Assembly (NCBI RefSeq): GCF_006345805.1 | Contig: NC_043021.1 | Coordinates: forward strand, 7,440,001-7,504,000 | Source: Octopus sinensis | Taxonomy: Eukaryota | Length of the DNA: 64,000 nt | Reading direction: 5' to 3' | Shown here: piece after piece, positions 13,199 through 24,976 of the stretch | Layout: the number at the start of each line of letters is the position of its first letter | Numbering within the stretch: the first letter of the stretch is position 1 | Made by a program: the position numbers and the translations under genes | The notes under the pieces: generated by a model | Seen by the model: only the letters and a program-made list of their open reading frames with translations | What the model was told of the DNA's origin: nothing | The model's database searches: none

Positions 13199-13758
13199 TT
13201 GAGTGAAAAAGCAGTGCATGCCATCAAAGTGACACTGGGGTAAAATATATGAAGCCTAATATACCCATCATGACTACCCTGTCTGATAAGGGTACACCAG
13301 GTGTATGCATCACAACCATATGTGCATGACATGGTGATCTCATATCAAGATAGACAGCACATGACCTTGTAGGTGGGGGTCCAGTTAGAATTTTCTTCAG
13401 GTCGAGTAACCTATCCTGTTCAAAAGTTCCCTGAGTAATGGTTGTTTAAAGATGTTGAACGCAACACCCATGTTTCCAGAGGTGTGTTATTCAAACACCA
13501 AAGAATTCCTCTCAGCACATGACTATGATGCTCTTCCAATACTTCTTCTCATGATCAGTGATGCACATATCATCAGCTACCAAGGACCATGCTCAACTGG
13601 TTATGGTCAAACAACTGACAAGCAAATCTCTGGTATTGAGAAGAATATTTGCTGTAGCCCATCTTTTATACCAAGACAAACCAATGTACATGATAACACT
13701 TCCAATCAGTCAAGATCAAAAGCCATAAGAACCACTACCCAGTACTGCATTAAGGCAT
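13199..13758. mobile_element. Dispersed ~560-bp repeat (probable SINE), family D
   Basis: Colinear with 28102-28595 over nearly its full length; flanked by (TTA)n. Confidence 0.85.
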
Positions 13759-13944
13759 TATTATTATTATTATTACATTTTTCAGACTGATTGTATGTTG
13801 ATGTCTTTTGATCAGGAGTGGGTCATAATGACCATGACTCCTGTCAACTGTCTCATTCCAGTTAGATTGACATGACTCTTCTCAAAATCCTGGCAGTTCC
13901 ATGTAGAGGGTGGGGATGGGGTGGAGAAACCACAGAAAGGAGAA

Positions 13945-14212
13945 ACAAGTTTACAGCACAAAAGAAATCACTTTAAACGTGCTTAAATAATATTCAACAT
14001 AGTTTATATTATCAGAAATATAATTTGGAAGTGTTCATGGTGTCATGGTAAGGATCTGATCAAAGGCTTTGCAATTAAAAAACGGTCGGAAAAAAAAAAT
14101 AAACACTATTTTCCATCTTACTGTTAGTTTTGTTTCATTTTGAAAAATAAAAATTCATTTTACAGTTTATAATTGTTTATATTTTAAATCACATATATAT
14201 GGGGACACCAAA
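13945..14212. repeat. Dispersed repeat, unclassified
   Basis: Colinear with 57960-58280 (gtttacagcacaaaagaaatcactttaaac..atatatggggacacc). Confidence 0.75.
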
Positions 14213-14366
14213 ATCTTTTAAGCCGTTAGGGCCTCAATCTGGCCCTGTCTGAAATCACGTGGTTGGGAAACAAACTATTTAAGTACAGAGTCGTGATGGT
14301 GATGGTACACACATACACACACCCACAAAAGATAAGAAGAATGGTTTCGGGGTAGAAGATACTTAC

Positions 14367-14598
14367 CACCCAACGTTTTGTCCATCCATTGGTCTTCTCT
14401 TCCAAGAAGTTGAGGTAACCTTTCCTCGATACTATGGGGCTGACCCTCACTTCCTCAATGTCTGGAATGAATAACTGTTGGTCAGTCTCTGGCTTGTTAG
14501 TCTTCAATGGCAAAGAGAACTTACGTTCAGAATTCTCGGCCATTGACGATAAGCTTTCGCAAGATTTCGACTGGGTTTTTGTCTCAGTAGATGTAGGC
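14367..14598 (-). CDS. unc-104: unc-104/KIF1A exon, linker plus start of PH domain (..[36 protein letters not shown])
   Basis: cttacag| acceptor, |gtaagt donor, 232 nt, phase 2 to 0. Confidence 0.95.
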
Positions 14599-14811
14599 CT
14601 GTAAGAAGGGAAAAACAGAAACAAGATTATTAACATTATTGTTGTTGTCATTATCATCAACTTTGTTGTTGTTGTTGTTGTAAATAATTTATGAAGATTG
14701 GTGCAACTCTTTGCAAAGGTGAATCCACAATTAGAAGAGTGTGATATATAGTAGTAATGGCTCATACATGAATCCAGCTGTGTGTGTGTGTGGTGTGTGT
14801 GTGTGTGTGTG

Positions 14812-14846
<35 letters not shown>

Positions 14847-14959
14847 CATGCACACGTGTACATGTATATACATGTGTGTATGTGTGTGTATATATATATA
14901 TGATAGATCGCTATGATAGATCATTAACCACTACACACATTTTTTTCTCTCCTTGTTTT

Positions 14960-15096
14960 TTCTGTGTCCCTTTCTGTAGAAGAGCGTAGGCCCGAAACAT
15001 AAAAGACTTTTTCTATTCCTGAGCGTTATACTAATACAGCTGTTTGTTTGGTACACCACCTGTCTTCATCTTTTGTTGTTTTTTTTCGTAAACTCT

Positions 15097-15100
<4 letters not shown>
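14960..15100 (+). mobile_element. Penelope-like terminal fragment with degenerate hammerhead-like motif
   Basis: CTTT-CTGTAGA-A-GAGC gtag GCCC-GAAA-CAT-A-AAAG, followed by a T-rich tail into (TA)n. Confidence 0.5.
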
Positions 15101-15131
<31 letters not shown>

Positions 15132-15132
<1 letters not shown>

Positions 15133-15300
15133 GGCGCGGGCATGGCTGTGTGGTTAGGGAGCTTGCTTCCTAGCTACATGGTTTCGGGTTCAGTCCCACT
15201 GCGTGACACTTTGGGTAGGTGTCTTCCACTATAGTCCCGAGCCGACCGGAGCTTTGTAATTGAATTCGGCAGGCGGAAGTTACTGCCGTGTGTGTATGTG
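15132..15300 (+). mobile_element. tRNA-head CORE-type SINE, family C
   Basis: A box TGGCTGTGTGG, B-box-like GGTTCAGTCCC, CORE-like ctttgggtaggtgtctt. Many sister copies in the window. Confidence 0.85.
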
Positions 15301-15342
15301 TGCGTATAGCTGCTCAATGCCTCTCCAAAAGAGAGAGAGGGG

Positions 15343-15379
<37 letters not shown>

Positions 15380-15559
15380 GTGTGTGTGTGTGTGTGTGAT
15401 TGTATGCATTTCGGTTGTGTGTTTGTGTGTGTGTGTAGATTTGCATGATGCATGTGTATATGTAATATTCAACATATGTCATATTTCATACTGCCTACAA
15501 CAAAAATTTGATTCATGCATCAATACATACGAATACTGAGGTGAGTGATACAGAAAAGA

Positions 15560-16210
15560 ATGGAGGAGAGAGTAAGAGAGGAGGACAGAGAGAGGGAGAG
15601 AGAGAGATTAAAACAGAGAGAGAGGTGAGGGAGAAGAAGAGACACACATGCAGAGATAGAAACAAGCAAGACAATGTGAGACAGAGAGAGGGAGAGAGAG
15701 AGAGAGATTAAAACAGAGAGAGAGGTGAGGGAGAAGAAGAGACACACATGCAGAGATAGAAACAAGCAAGACAATGTGAGGGAGAGATTAAAACAGAGAA
15801 GGAGGGAGAGAGAGGGGGAGAGAGAAGTAATATGAGAGAGAGAAAGAGAGAAGGAAAGAAAACTTAAGACAGAGAAAGTGGAGAGAGATGGACAAGGGGG
15901 AGAGAGAGATGCAGAGAGAGAGAAGCAGAGATAGAATCAGGCAAGATAATGAGAGAGAGAGAGAAAGAGAGAGAGAAGTAGAAAGAGAGAGAGAGAAGTA
16001 GAAAGAGAGAGAGAGAAGTAGAAAGAGAGAGAGAGAAGTAGAAAGAGAGAGAGAAGTAGAGAGAGAGAGAGAGAAAAAGAAAGAGAGAGAGAAGTAGAGA
16101 GAGAGAGAGCGGTTAAAACTAAAAGCAAGAGGGAGAAACAGAAAGGTTAAGACTGAGAGAGAGAGAGAGGGAGAGGAAGAAAGAAAGGTTAAGACTGAGA
16201 GAGAGAGAAT
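15560..16210. repeat. GA-rich compound repeat with an internal ~100-bp tandem duplication and GAGAAGTAGAAAGAGAGA units
   Basis: 15603-15680 is repeated at 15705-15781; short units at 15970-16110. Confidence 0.85.
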
Positions 16211-16623
16211 GGGTGAACTGTGTAAAACTACTGACCATTTGTGAGCATTAGCAGCTTGTCCTTCTGAATGCATTGACACACTACTCAGTGAGGAAGGTGA
16301 AGAGAGAAAGAAAGAGACATACAGTGAATTAAGTAATCAACAGGTGGAGGCTAAGAAGGAACAGGTGGTGGGGTGGGGGTGGGGGAGTTGAAGGTGGTGG
16401 GTATGGTGACAGGTTGCCTATCTTCTTTTCATTTCTTGTTTTATATATATATATATAAAAGAGGTGCAGGTGTGGTTAAGATGTTCACTTTGCGGCACAC
16501 ATGGTTTGGGGTTCAGTCCCACAGCAAGGCACCTTGGGCAAGTGTTTTTTTACTAGAACTGCTTTGTGAGCGAATTTAGTCAATGGAAACCATATGAAGG
16601 CCCATCCTATAGTGTGTGTGTGT

Positions 16624-16671
<48 letters not shown>

Positions 16672-16777
16672 CACGTGACCGACCAGACCATCAAATGTTG
16701 TTACACATCGCTGGTCACAATGCGTTCGCATTGTTTTAGCCTTCGAATGACGCCACCCCGCTGGCTAAGCGAGCAGG

Positions 16778-16848
<71 letters not shown>

Positions 16849-17074
16849 CAGAGTCCCTCCTAGCGTGCAGCATTTATGTGTAATAATGCCCTCTATATAA
16901 TATAAATAAATATATTCAAGTGGAAAAAATTTACAGATTTTTTCTCTTATGAGGTTTTTCACGCTAACTACTTGATAATTTCTCATGAAGGTTTTATCCT
17001 ATTTTAAAATTATATATAATGTACTGTTCCATGATAGAACAAAAAAAAGTACTGCATCTGGTGAGAGATAAATA

Positions 17075-17294
17075 TTATATAATAGACACAATACATGTTT
17101 CGTTTTTCGATTCGGTTTGCAAGATTCTTTATGTGAGTTCGTGTGTTGAAGCATATTCTGTTGTGTCTGGGGAGAGTCATTTTCTTTTTGTGCCTTATAA
17201 TGTAACACACTCACTGGTAAATTTTCTACTTATTTCTTTTTTATTTTCCTAAAATTTTTGTTGTGTCTTGCAACCTTTTCAAAAGGTTGCAAGA
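17075..17294. mobile_element. Penelope-like fragment (family F) ending in an inverted junction
   Basis: Colinear with 35555-35760; ends in a 14-bp perfect inverted repeat. Confidence 0.6.
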
Positions 17295-18137
17295 ATATTA
17301 GGTCACTCATTTGTGAAATAATCATTGTTGTTGTTGTTGTAGTGGTCGTTTTCTCTTTCATTATTTTCCCATTAATTTCTTTGAAGGACAAAACATCCTC
17401 TGTAGTATCAATTTCCACTGCAGTTCGAATAAATGCTGATGTTTTGTATCTTATAAAAGTCTTACAGATGACATCAAGTCTGTTAGTAACTAAATATGAA
17501 GAACTAATTTATTCTAAGGGAAAAGACACTTGCCCAAGGTGCCATGCAGAGGGATTGAACTTAAAATTATACAGCTGTGCAGTGAACTTTTCAACTAAAC
17601 ATCCATGCATGCATCTATGGTCTACAACCGCTATACTAACACTCCTTGTTTTGCCTATCATGTGTGCACATGCATACACATGCAAATACATGCACATTCA
17701 CAGAAATTTTCCTCTGGATTTATTCATTAGACACCCACTTATCACATGCACCCACACAATTTCCAGTCAATTTTAGTGTCAGTGACCAGGCTGTACTTGT
17801 ACAGTAAACTCTCCCTCATCTGGTACTCAAATAACCAGAATGCTCAAACAACCAGCACCCAGGAAAAATGAAAGAATGCATTGTTACTAAGAATCAGGAG
17901 TACCTACTACTTTGGCATGGTTTCTATGGCTGGATGTCCCTCCTACTACCAACCACTTTCCAGCATGAGTTGGGTGCTTTTTTCTTGAAGCCACCATGCA
18001 GTTTTCAAAATTACAAACCACAAGTGGACAACTTTATGCCAGAAGATGAAGGATAAGAGAAGGGTAAAAATATAGGAGAAGGGGCCAGAGTAGAATATGT
18101 TTCTTGTAGAGGTGCTACATGACTATTCAAATTTTAA

Positions 18138-18359
18138 CCCTTTTGTTACCAACCCAGCTGAAACCACCCCTGGCTTTGTAGTACAAATGTCTTGTTTTCA
18201 TAAGTTTTGAATTAAAATCTTCCACCAAACCTTAGTCACAATTTATGTTCCTAACACTAGCTTAATGATAACAAAGTTATTTTACTTAAATTCTTTGCTA
18301 TATTTAAAGTAATTGAAAAAAACACAGAGCGTCTCAACAGAAATACAGTAACAAAAGGG
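18138..18359. mobile_element. piggyBac-type MITE, 222 bp
   Basis: TTAA|CCCTTTTGTTAC..GTAACAAAAGGG|TTAA. Confidence 0.9.
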
Positions 18360-19397
18360 TTAAAAGAAAGGGTAGGGGTGATCGGGTGGAGCTGGAAAAT
18401 GATAAAAAAAAAAAATAATGATGATGAAATGTCAGGGTGAGTCTTCACAGTACGAGGTTGGTAGATATGAGAAAGGCAGAGGGACTTATATGTAAAAATA
18501 TTTTGTTATGTTTCAAACCCCAGCTTCATATTTACAAATAAATAGAAAACTCCCAAATTTATATATGTATGGTATGTACTCAAATGTATGATGTGTACCA
18601 GGGATTATGGCAACAAAATTCTGAAAAAGAAAAATGACATGCACTGTTCCTTCTAAACCATGTTCATGCATGCATATTTTATAAGTAACACAAACAAAAA
18701 TTTATGTGCACAAGAAATATATATGTGCATAAAAAGTTAGTTACAAAAAAAGAAAATGTAACAATTAATGACAATAGTTATTATATGTTCAGTGTACATA
18801 TACTTTTGTCACTAGTGTGGTGGGGGAAGAAGGCAATATGAAACTTTTACAGACATTGACCACTAAAATTTAAAGGGACACACTGGTTTTTGCTTAGTAT
18901 TACAATGTATAGAAAAAGAAATGATTAGCCAGATTTATTATAATTGCTGTGGAAATACTGTATAAAATACACTGTACAAGTTCACATTGTGAACAAAACA
19001 AAACAAAAAACAAATGTGGAAGTTTGAACTTTAAAGTGTAAGCTATTAAAGCGCATTGCTACAAATTCAGTACTACAAACAAGTTTTTTGTGAAATACAG
19101 TATTTTACTAAATTCCGCTAAATTCTTCATGATTTCCAAAATTAATCAAAATACAGGTAGTATATTTTGTTAGAAAATATATGACCACGAAAGGAGTTAA
19201 TATAAAACTAAATATATAACAAGCAATAATAAATCTCTGAACGAGGTATAAACGGTAACTGCACGACAATGTGAGGTATACTTGTTCTCCTGGGGCTACA
19301 AGCTACAGTAACACCCACCCTTAGTGGTTAGCCATATTGAGATGGCAAGTATACCTCACATTAAATAATTACAAATACTAAGAAATCTGACACCAAC

Positions 19398-19576
19398 CTT
19401 AAGATATCTGAAGTGACACTGCTGTCCATGCTACAGTTCTGGTTGCTATTGATCAGGCTGGTGTTGAGGACACTACTGCTAGTGCTTGCCTGCATCACGT
19501 TGTCCATGCTCATGGGGGCAGTCTCATCTTCATCTGAGTTACTGCTAACCATACTCTCATTTAATGCTGCAAGAGG
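19398..19576 (-). CDS. unc-104: unc-104/KIF1A exon (PLAALNESMVSSNSDEDETAPMSMD..DSSVTSDIL), Ser-rich linker
   Basis: ttattttgcag| acceptor, |gttggt donor, 179 nt, phase 0 to 2, which fits both neighbours. The sequence is poorly conserved. Confidence 0.82.
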
Positions 19577-19701
19577 CTGCAAAATAACAAGGTAGCAGAG
19601 TTCACTTTCTCGAACCTTCGGGGGCCCGCCTTGAGACTTCAAAAAAAAGAGATTGAAAATCCCCGACACAGAAGAACGAAGAAATCAACAGAAAGAATTA
19701 C

Positions 19702-20019
19702 CTTGTTCTGAGAGCTGAGGGGTAGACGTCCTTGTAATAGGAGTCGTAGACATTTGGCTGTCAATTCCTTGTTGGCGTCGCCATTAGTGACAAAATCTGG
19801 GATAGGTCCACCGGGATTGGAAAATTTCAGTTTCTTATCAGTTCCATCAGTGGAGAGGTCCTTGTCATCATCTCCTTTCAGCTCTTCTTCCTTGGCACGC
19901 TGTGACTTGGCTTTTGCATACATGTTGGACGCATCTTTATCAAGTTTGCTCAGCTCTTGGGTTTTGTTTTGTTCACCAAGTTTCTTTCTCAACAGGAGAA
20001 TGTGCCGTGCCTTCTCTAC
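19702..20019 (-). CDS. unc-104: unc-104/KIF1A exon (VEKARHILLLRKKLG..NKELTAKCLRLLLQGRLPLSSQNK)
   Basis: aacag| acceptor, |gtaatt donor, 318 nt, phase 0 to 0. VEK.RH.LLLR and KCLRLL motifs. Confidence 0.94.
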
Positions 20020-20220
20020 CTGTTAACAACAACATCAGAACAAAATACAGTTAGAAATTTGGTATTTGGTTTTTGGTAAGACACAACATCCACCACAAAG
20101 TCCAGTCTTTGTTGTGTGTCTCAAATATAAATACAGGCAATCATATTCTGACACACAAATGTGCTTGGCAGACATCTTTTGCCAGTCACGGTCCATTCAC
20201 GACAGACAATAAACTCTTAC

Positions 20221-20366
20221 CATTTCCAGTCGAGTGAGTTTCTCAAGTTCCCATTGGTGTTCTAAGATTAAAGAGTCACCACGGGGCCGCCAGCCGTTAA
20301 GGTTCTCCTCCCCACGAACATAGGTGGAAGATGTATCTAGAACACGACGCTGACGTCTTTGTACAC
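20221..20366 (-). CDS. unc-104: unc-104/KIF1A exon ([49 protein letters not shown])
   Basis: ttgtag| acceptor, |gtaaga donor, 146 nt, phase 1 to 0. Near-identical to the Unc-104 motif. Confidence 0.97.
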
Positions 20367-20680
20367 CTACAACAGAAAAACATAACAATTGTTACTGGAA
20401 AATCGTTTTAACACACACACATAAATATACACACACACATATATATACATGTATGAAAGGGTGCTGAAAAGTTCCTGGCTTTAAGTGTTTTGCGAAAGGC
20501 CTGGTTGGAGGCCCAACCTTCCAAGTTCTTTTACAGGGCACAGAAAAACTGAAGGACCGCTGCAATAAGTGTGTGTATCTGAGAGGGGAATATGTTGAAT
20601 AAAATCATAATTAACTGATCTTACTGTATTTTCTTTTACCCAAAACCAGAAACTTTTCAGGACCCCATTATATGCAAGCT

Positions 20681-20716
<36 letters not shown>

Positions 20717-21167
20717 GCAGGGGTAATCTAAAAACATTAGTAGTTCTAGCCTGTGTCAGTAAATGATAAAGTGGTAAACACAAGCAGTAACTAGAAGTGG
20801 AGTACCAGTAATACACTGGGTCAATGTAATCAACTAAGCTCCACCCACTAAAATTGCTGGCCTTGAGCCAAAATTTGCTGTTGTTTATTACAGCTGCATG
20901 CTACTTTCTAGTAAACAACCAAGTAAACAACCACGTTCCAGAGACGTGAGTTCATCATTGTATTCCAGGCATGAAGAATGGTGTATGTTACATGAAATTT
21001 GTCTTTTTTTCTGTGTTTCTTGTTTTAGAGTTTCATCTGTGTGTGTGTGCAATGTGAGCTGTGTTATCTTGCTGTAGCGGTGGTGATGGTGTTTGTGTTG
21101 TGTGTTTGCGTTATTATCACTTAACTTGATTATTGCATCCATGATAATAAAAATTATAGATTTATTA

Positions 21168-21198
<31 letters not shown>

Positions 21199-21200
21199 CA

Positions 21201-21412
21201 AGGTGGTAAGCTGGCAGAATGGTTAGCACGCTGGGTGAAATGCTTATTGGTATTTCGTCTGTCTTTACATTCTAAGTTCAGGGTTTACTTTGCCTTTCAT
21301 CCTTTTGGGGGCTATAAAATAAGTACCAATGCAGCACTCGGGTCAATGTAATCGACTAGCCCCTCCCCCCACCAATGAAATTTTAAGCCTTGTGCTAATA
21401 GTAGAAAGGATT
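21201..21412 (+). mobile_element. SINE family A, full-length-like
   Basis: aggtggtaagctggcagaatggttagcacg head; aligns with the other family A copies. Confidence 0.8.
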
Positions 21413-22172
21413 ATTATTATGACATAAACACAGAGAGAGGAAAGGAGAGAGAGAGAGAAGGAGTGAAAAGGAGACAGACAGACAGAGTGAGCAGAAGAGA
21501 GAAATAAGCAATTACTGAGATGACTCTGATTAGACCAGTTTATTTCAGTTACACCTTTAAGAAAAGAATGAAAGTTAGGCATTCTCCAAGAAAGAGAGAG
21601 AAAGAGAGGGGGGGTAGGAAGACAATAGACAAGAGAAACAAGAAAGGGATAGGAAAAAGGTTGAAAAGAAAAAGGAAAGCAGGAGTGGGAAGAGAATACA
21701 GAAGAAGAGGTGGAAAGCCGATGGAAATGAGGTAAGTGTTGGGGGAACAGGGGCAAAAATGGGGAGAGATGGCCACGAGAAATAGTGAAAGTGGATCGAG
21801 AAACGAGAAGGCAGAGGAAGAATTCACCGGAATACAGAGGCAGGAAAGGAGTGGACAAAGAGGGAGAACTAGTGAACACAGGAGAAAAATAAGGGTGAGA
21901 TGGGGCAATACAGAAATAAAGAGAAAAAATAGGGGAGAAAGAGGAAGATTGTGAGGAAAGGCACAAGCGTGAGAGAGTATGAGACATTTGGCAAAACTGT
22001 TACTGTGTTGCTGATTCATGTTGACTAATTTGACATTGGATACTTTGACTTTGGGTCGTTTTGGAAGTAGGAGCATTTTTAGTGACTATTCTTGTTGACA
22101 ACTAACTTATTATCACAACTATTAATCTGGCTGAGTAGTAAATTTCTTTAACTTCCTGCTTCACTTTATGTA

Positions 22173-22706
22173 TCATCATCATCGTTTAACATTCTATAAC
22201 AACTTTTCTAAACATTACCTTAATAATGATAAAAATTATCTATTTAATGCTGGCATAGGTTGAATGGTGTGTCAGGATACGATGGGTCCAAAGACAGCAT
22301 TATGTTCCAGTGTCTGCTTTAGCATGGGTTGGACAGTTCGACCGGGGTCTGGGAAGCCAGGAGGCTGCACCAAGCTCCAGTCTGATCTGGCAGTGTTTCT
22401 ACAGCGGGATGCCCTTCCTAATGCCAACCACTCCATGAGTGTAGTGGGTGCTTTTTACGTGTCACCGGCACAGGGGCCAGAGGAGGCTGGCAATGTCCAC
22501 GATCAGTTGGTGCTTTTTATGTGCCACCAGCATGGGTACCACAACTACAATTTCCATTTGATTTTTATTTTGATGTACTTGACTCAATAGGTCTCCTCAA
22601 GAACAGCGGGCCACTCTACGATCCAAGGTAAGCACAGCAGGCCATCCTGTGAGCCATGAACTCACTTCATTTGTCGGGTCTTCACAGTCACGGCATATCT
22701 CCAGAG
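22173..22706 (-). mobile_element. RTE-like non-LTR 3' end or derived SINE (family B), long copy
   Basis: (GAT)n tail on the minus strand; minus-strand peptide LWRYAVTVKTRQMK* resembles an RTE ORF end (inference). Shares its body with 39440-39722. Confidence 0.7.
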
Positions 22707-23159
22707 GATTCGGTATATGGAAGCTAATGTCTATGTCAATCAGTTACAATTAATATTAAAATCTCTCTCTCTCTCTCTATTTACCTCTCTATCTATCTAG
22801 CCATCCTTCCATCATCTATCTAACTATTTGTATATTTATATTTCTTCATATGTATGTTTGCCTCAAGGCTAATGTAGAATTATTATATATATATATATAT
22901 ATATATGTATAATTAAACTAAACAAATTAAAGCTATACAACTAGCAAAATGATAAACTAGCTACTGAATAATCTGTGAGTTTCTGAATCAAAAATATCTT
23001 TTTACTCTCCACCTGATATCTCTTCCAATGAATGTAAATTATGATTTTTGTTTTTTGAAACTCAGAAAACTTAATTTTTGGCAAAGGAACATTAAGAAAC
23101 TATCGATGGTAGGAGATGGAGTAGATAGGGAACCTAATATTGTGTGCTGAGGTACTTAC

Positions 23160-23219
23160 CACGGGCTAGCATTACCCGTTGAAGATCTCCATGCACCGAG
23201 AACCTCTTGGGGCGAGAAA
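23160..23219 (-). CDS. Candidate 60-nt cassette exon of unc-104/KIF1A (VSRPKRFSVHGDLQRVMLAR)
   Basis: tttttgttctgctag| acceptor and G|GTAAGT donor; phase 1 to 1, open in the frame of the flanking exons. No homology recognised. Confidence 0.65.
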
Positions 23220-23338
23220 CTAGCAGAACAAAAATGATTTTTTTTTCTCAGCAAAGAGAGAAAGTTCAGAAAAGTGAGAGGCAGGGAACGGATAGGAGGA
23301 TGAGCAGGGGAAAGTGTGACAGGGAATGGAATAAACAC

Positions 23339-23374
<36 letters not shown>

Positions 23375-24439
23375 TGGATTGGTGGAGGGAAGGAGACAAA
23401 AATATAAGGAGAAAGGAAAGTGGAAAGTAAGACAGGTAAATATAGAGGAGGGTAAGAAAGAAAAGGTAAAAAGGGGAAAGTTAAGATTAAGAAATATGAG
23501 ACAGAGAGAGGGAGAGAGAGCATGAAAGAGAGAGGCTTATCAAAGTTATGTTCTAAATCAAGGATTTTATTCATTTTGTGTGTGAGCTTTAAACCCTTCA
23601 AAGTTGGGGAACTTTAACTCATCTTAATTGCCAAACCTTAATCAATTAGATTTGGTTAGAGTGGGCAAAAGTTAAACTTGCAAAATTTCAAAACAAACTC
23701 TTCTTTCATGAGTGTTGTTGTTATTAACTCAGCCAAAGAAGTGCTGCGCTTTAGAGAAGAGAAATCAAGTTCAATTTCAACTATAGCAATTGATATATCA
23801 TTTAGATTTGTCTTTATTTTGTAGTCAGAAGGAAAAGCAGTTCTCATGATCCTTTATAGGGCTTCTGAGAAAGAGCGGGAAATTCCCTTCAAACCTGAGA
23901 TCTGACTTGAATTCTTACAATGGAGTATACTCTGCTAAAGTCACTCAATTGGGCAGGTGGTAGTGTTAACTATGTGACCACCCATACAGGTCACAGCGGG
24001 ATTTAAATTCAGAATGGAAAGTGCTGGAACAAATACCACAAGGCATTTGGTTCGACATTCTTAGTTCCACCAATCTCTCAATCTGGATTGGTAATTCCTT
24101 CTTTTTTTTTTTTTTTTATCAGACCCCGCAAAAAAATTAGAAGAGAAAAATGAGAAAAGGAAAAATATGAAAGGCAAAGTTGATTTTATCAAAATGTGAA
24201 CTCGGGTCACTAGGTGCCAAAACAAAAGCTGCAAGACATTCCATCCAATGCTCTAATGACTCTGCCAATTCCACCACCCATAACTGATCACTTATCAAGT
24301 GAATACCTCAACTGATAAATGGAGGAGCCCTTATTGATAAATGAGGCAAGGGCTGATATTTAATGTAACAATGCTTCGATGGTTGTGATTTGAAACTCAG
24401 AAACCTGCTTTCGCTTTTCAATAAAAATATTCTTGCATC

Positions 24440-24715
24440 AGATGTTGTTACACATCGCTGGTCACAATGCACTTTGCATCATTTTAGTTTCCAAATGAAG
24501 CCACCATGCCGCACCACTGGCTAGGTGAGCAGGCCAACATTCACTCTGATCAGAAGGTTACTCCATCGCAAGTTACCCATTTACAACTGAACAGACTGGA
24601 GCAATGTGAAATGAGGTGTCTTGCTCAACAACACAAGGTGCTGCTTAGTCCAGAAATCAAACCCACAATCTATCAAGCATGGTTGCAACACCCTAACCAC
24701 AAGGTCACTAGGCAC
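24440..24715 (-). mobile_element. tRNA-head SINE (CORE-like gtgttgttgagcaagacac)
   Basis: The reverse complement gives an A box tagtgaccttgtgg and a B-box-like gtttgatttc. 3' part shared with 16675-16780. Confidence 0.65.
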
Positions 24716-24976
24716 AGCAATTTGTAATGTAAGTGTAAATTTATCGAATAGTTCTGAACATTTAATATATTTACATTATTTGTAGAAAATATTATGTCAT
24801 GGTTGGAAAATGATTGATTCTAACAACAAAAATGGAAGTGGTGCTTGTTTTACAAATAATGGTTATACAAAAGTGGAAAAGCTCTCAAAATGTAATACAG
24901 CGACCAGCCACAAGAAACACAAAAGAAAAAATAATAAAAAAAACACATGGAGATATATATATATATATATATATAT

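Noticed and set aside
18315-18390. Strong-looking minus-strand acceptor (ttttccag) as an extra phase-2 exon
   Set aside because: The putative exon runs into a piggyBac MITE end, the donor is weak and there is no homology.
19616-19636. 21-nt microexon SQGGPPK with AAG|GTTCGA donor
   Set aside because: It would leave a 39-nt intron and the donor is weak; an alternative 3' splice site is the simpler reading.
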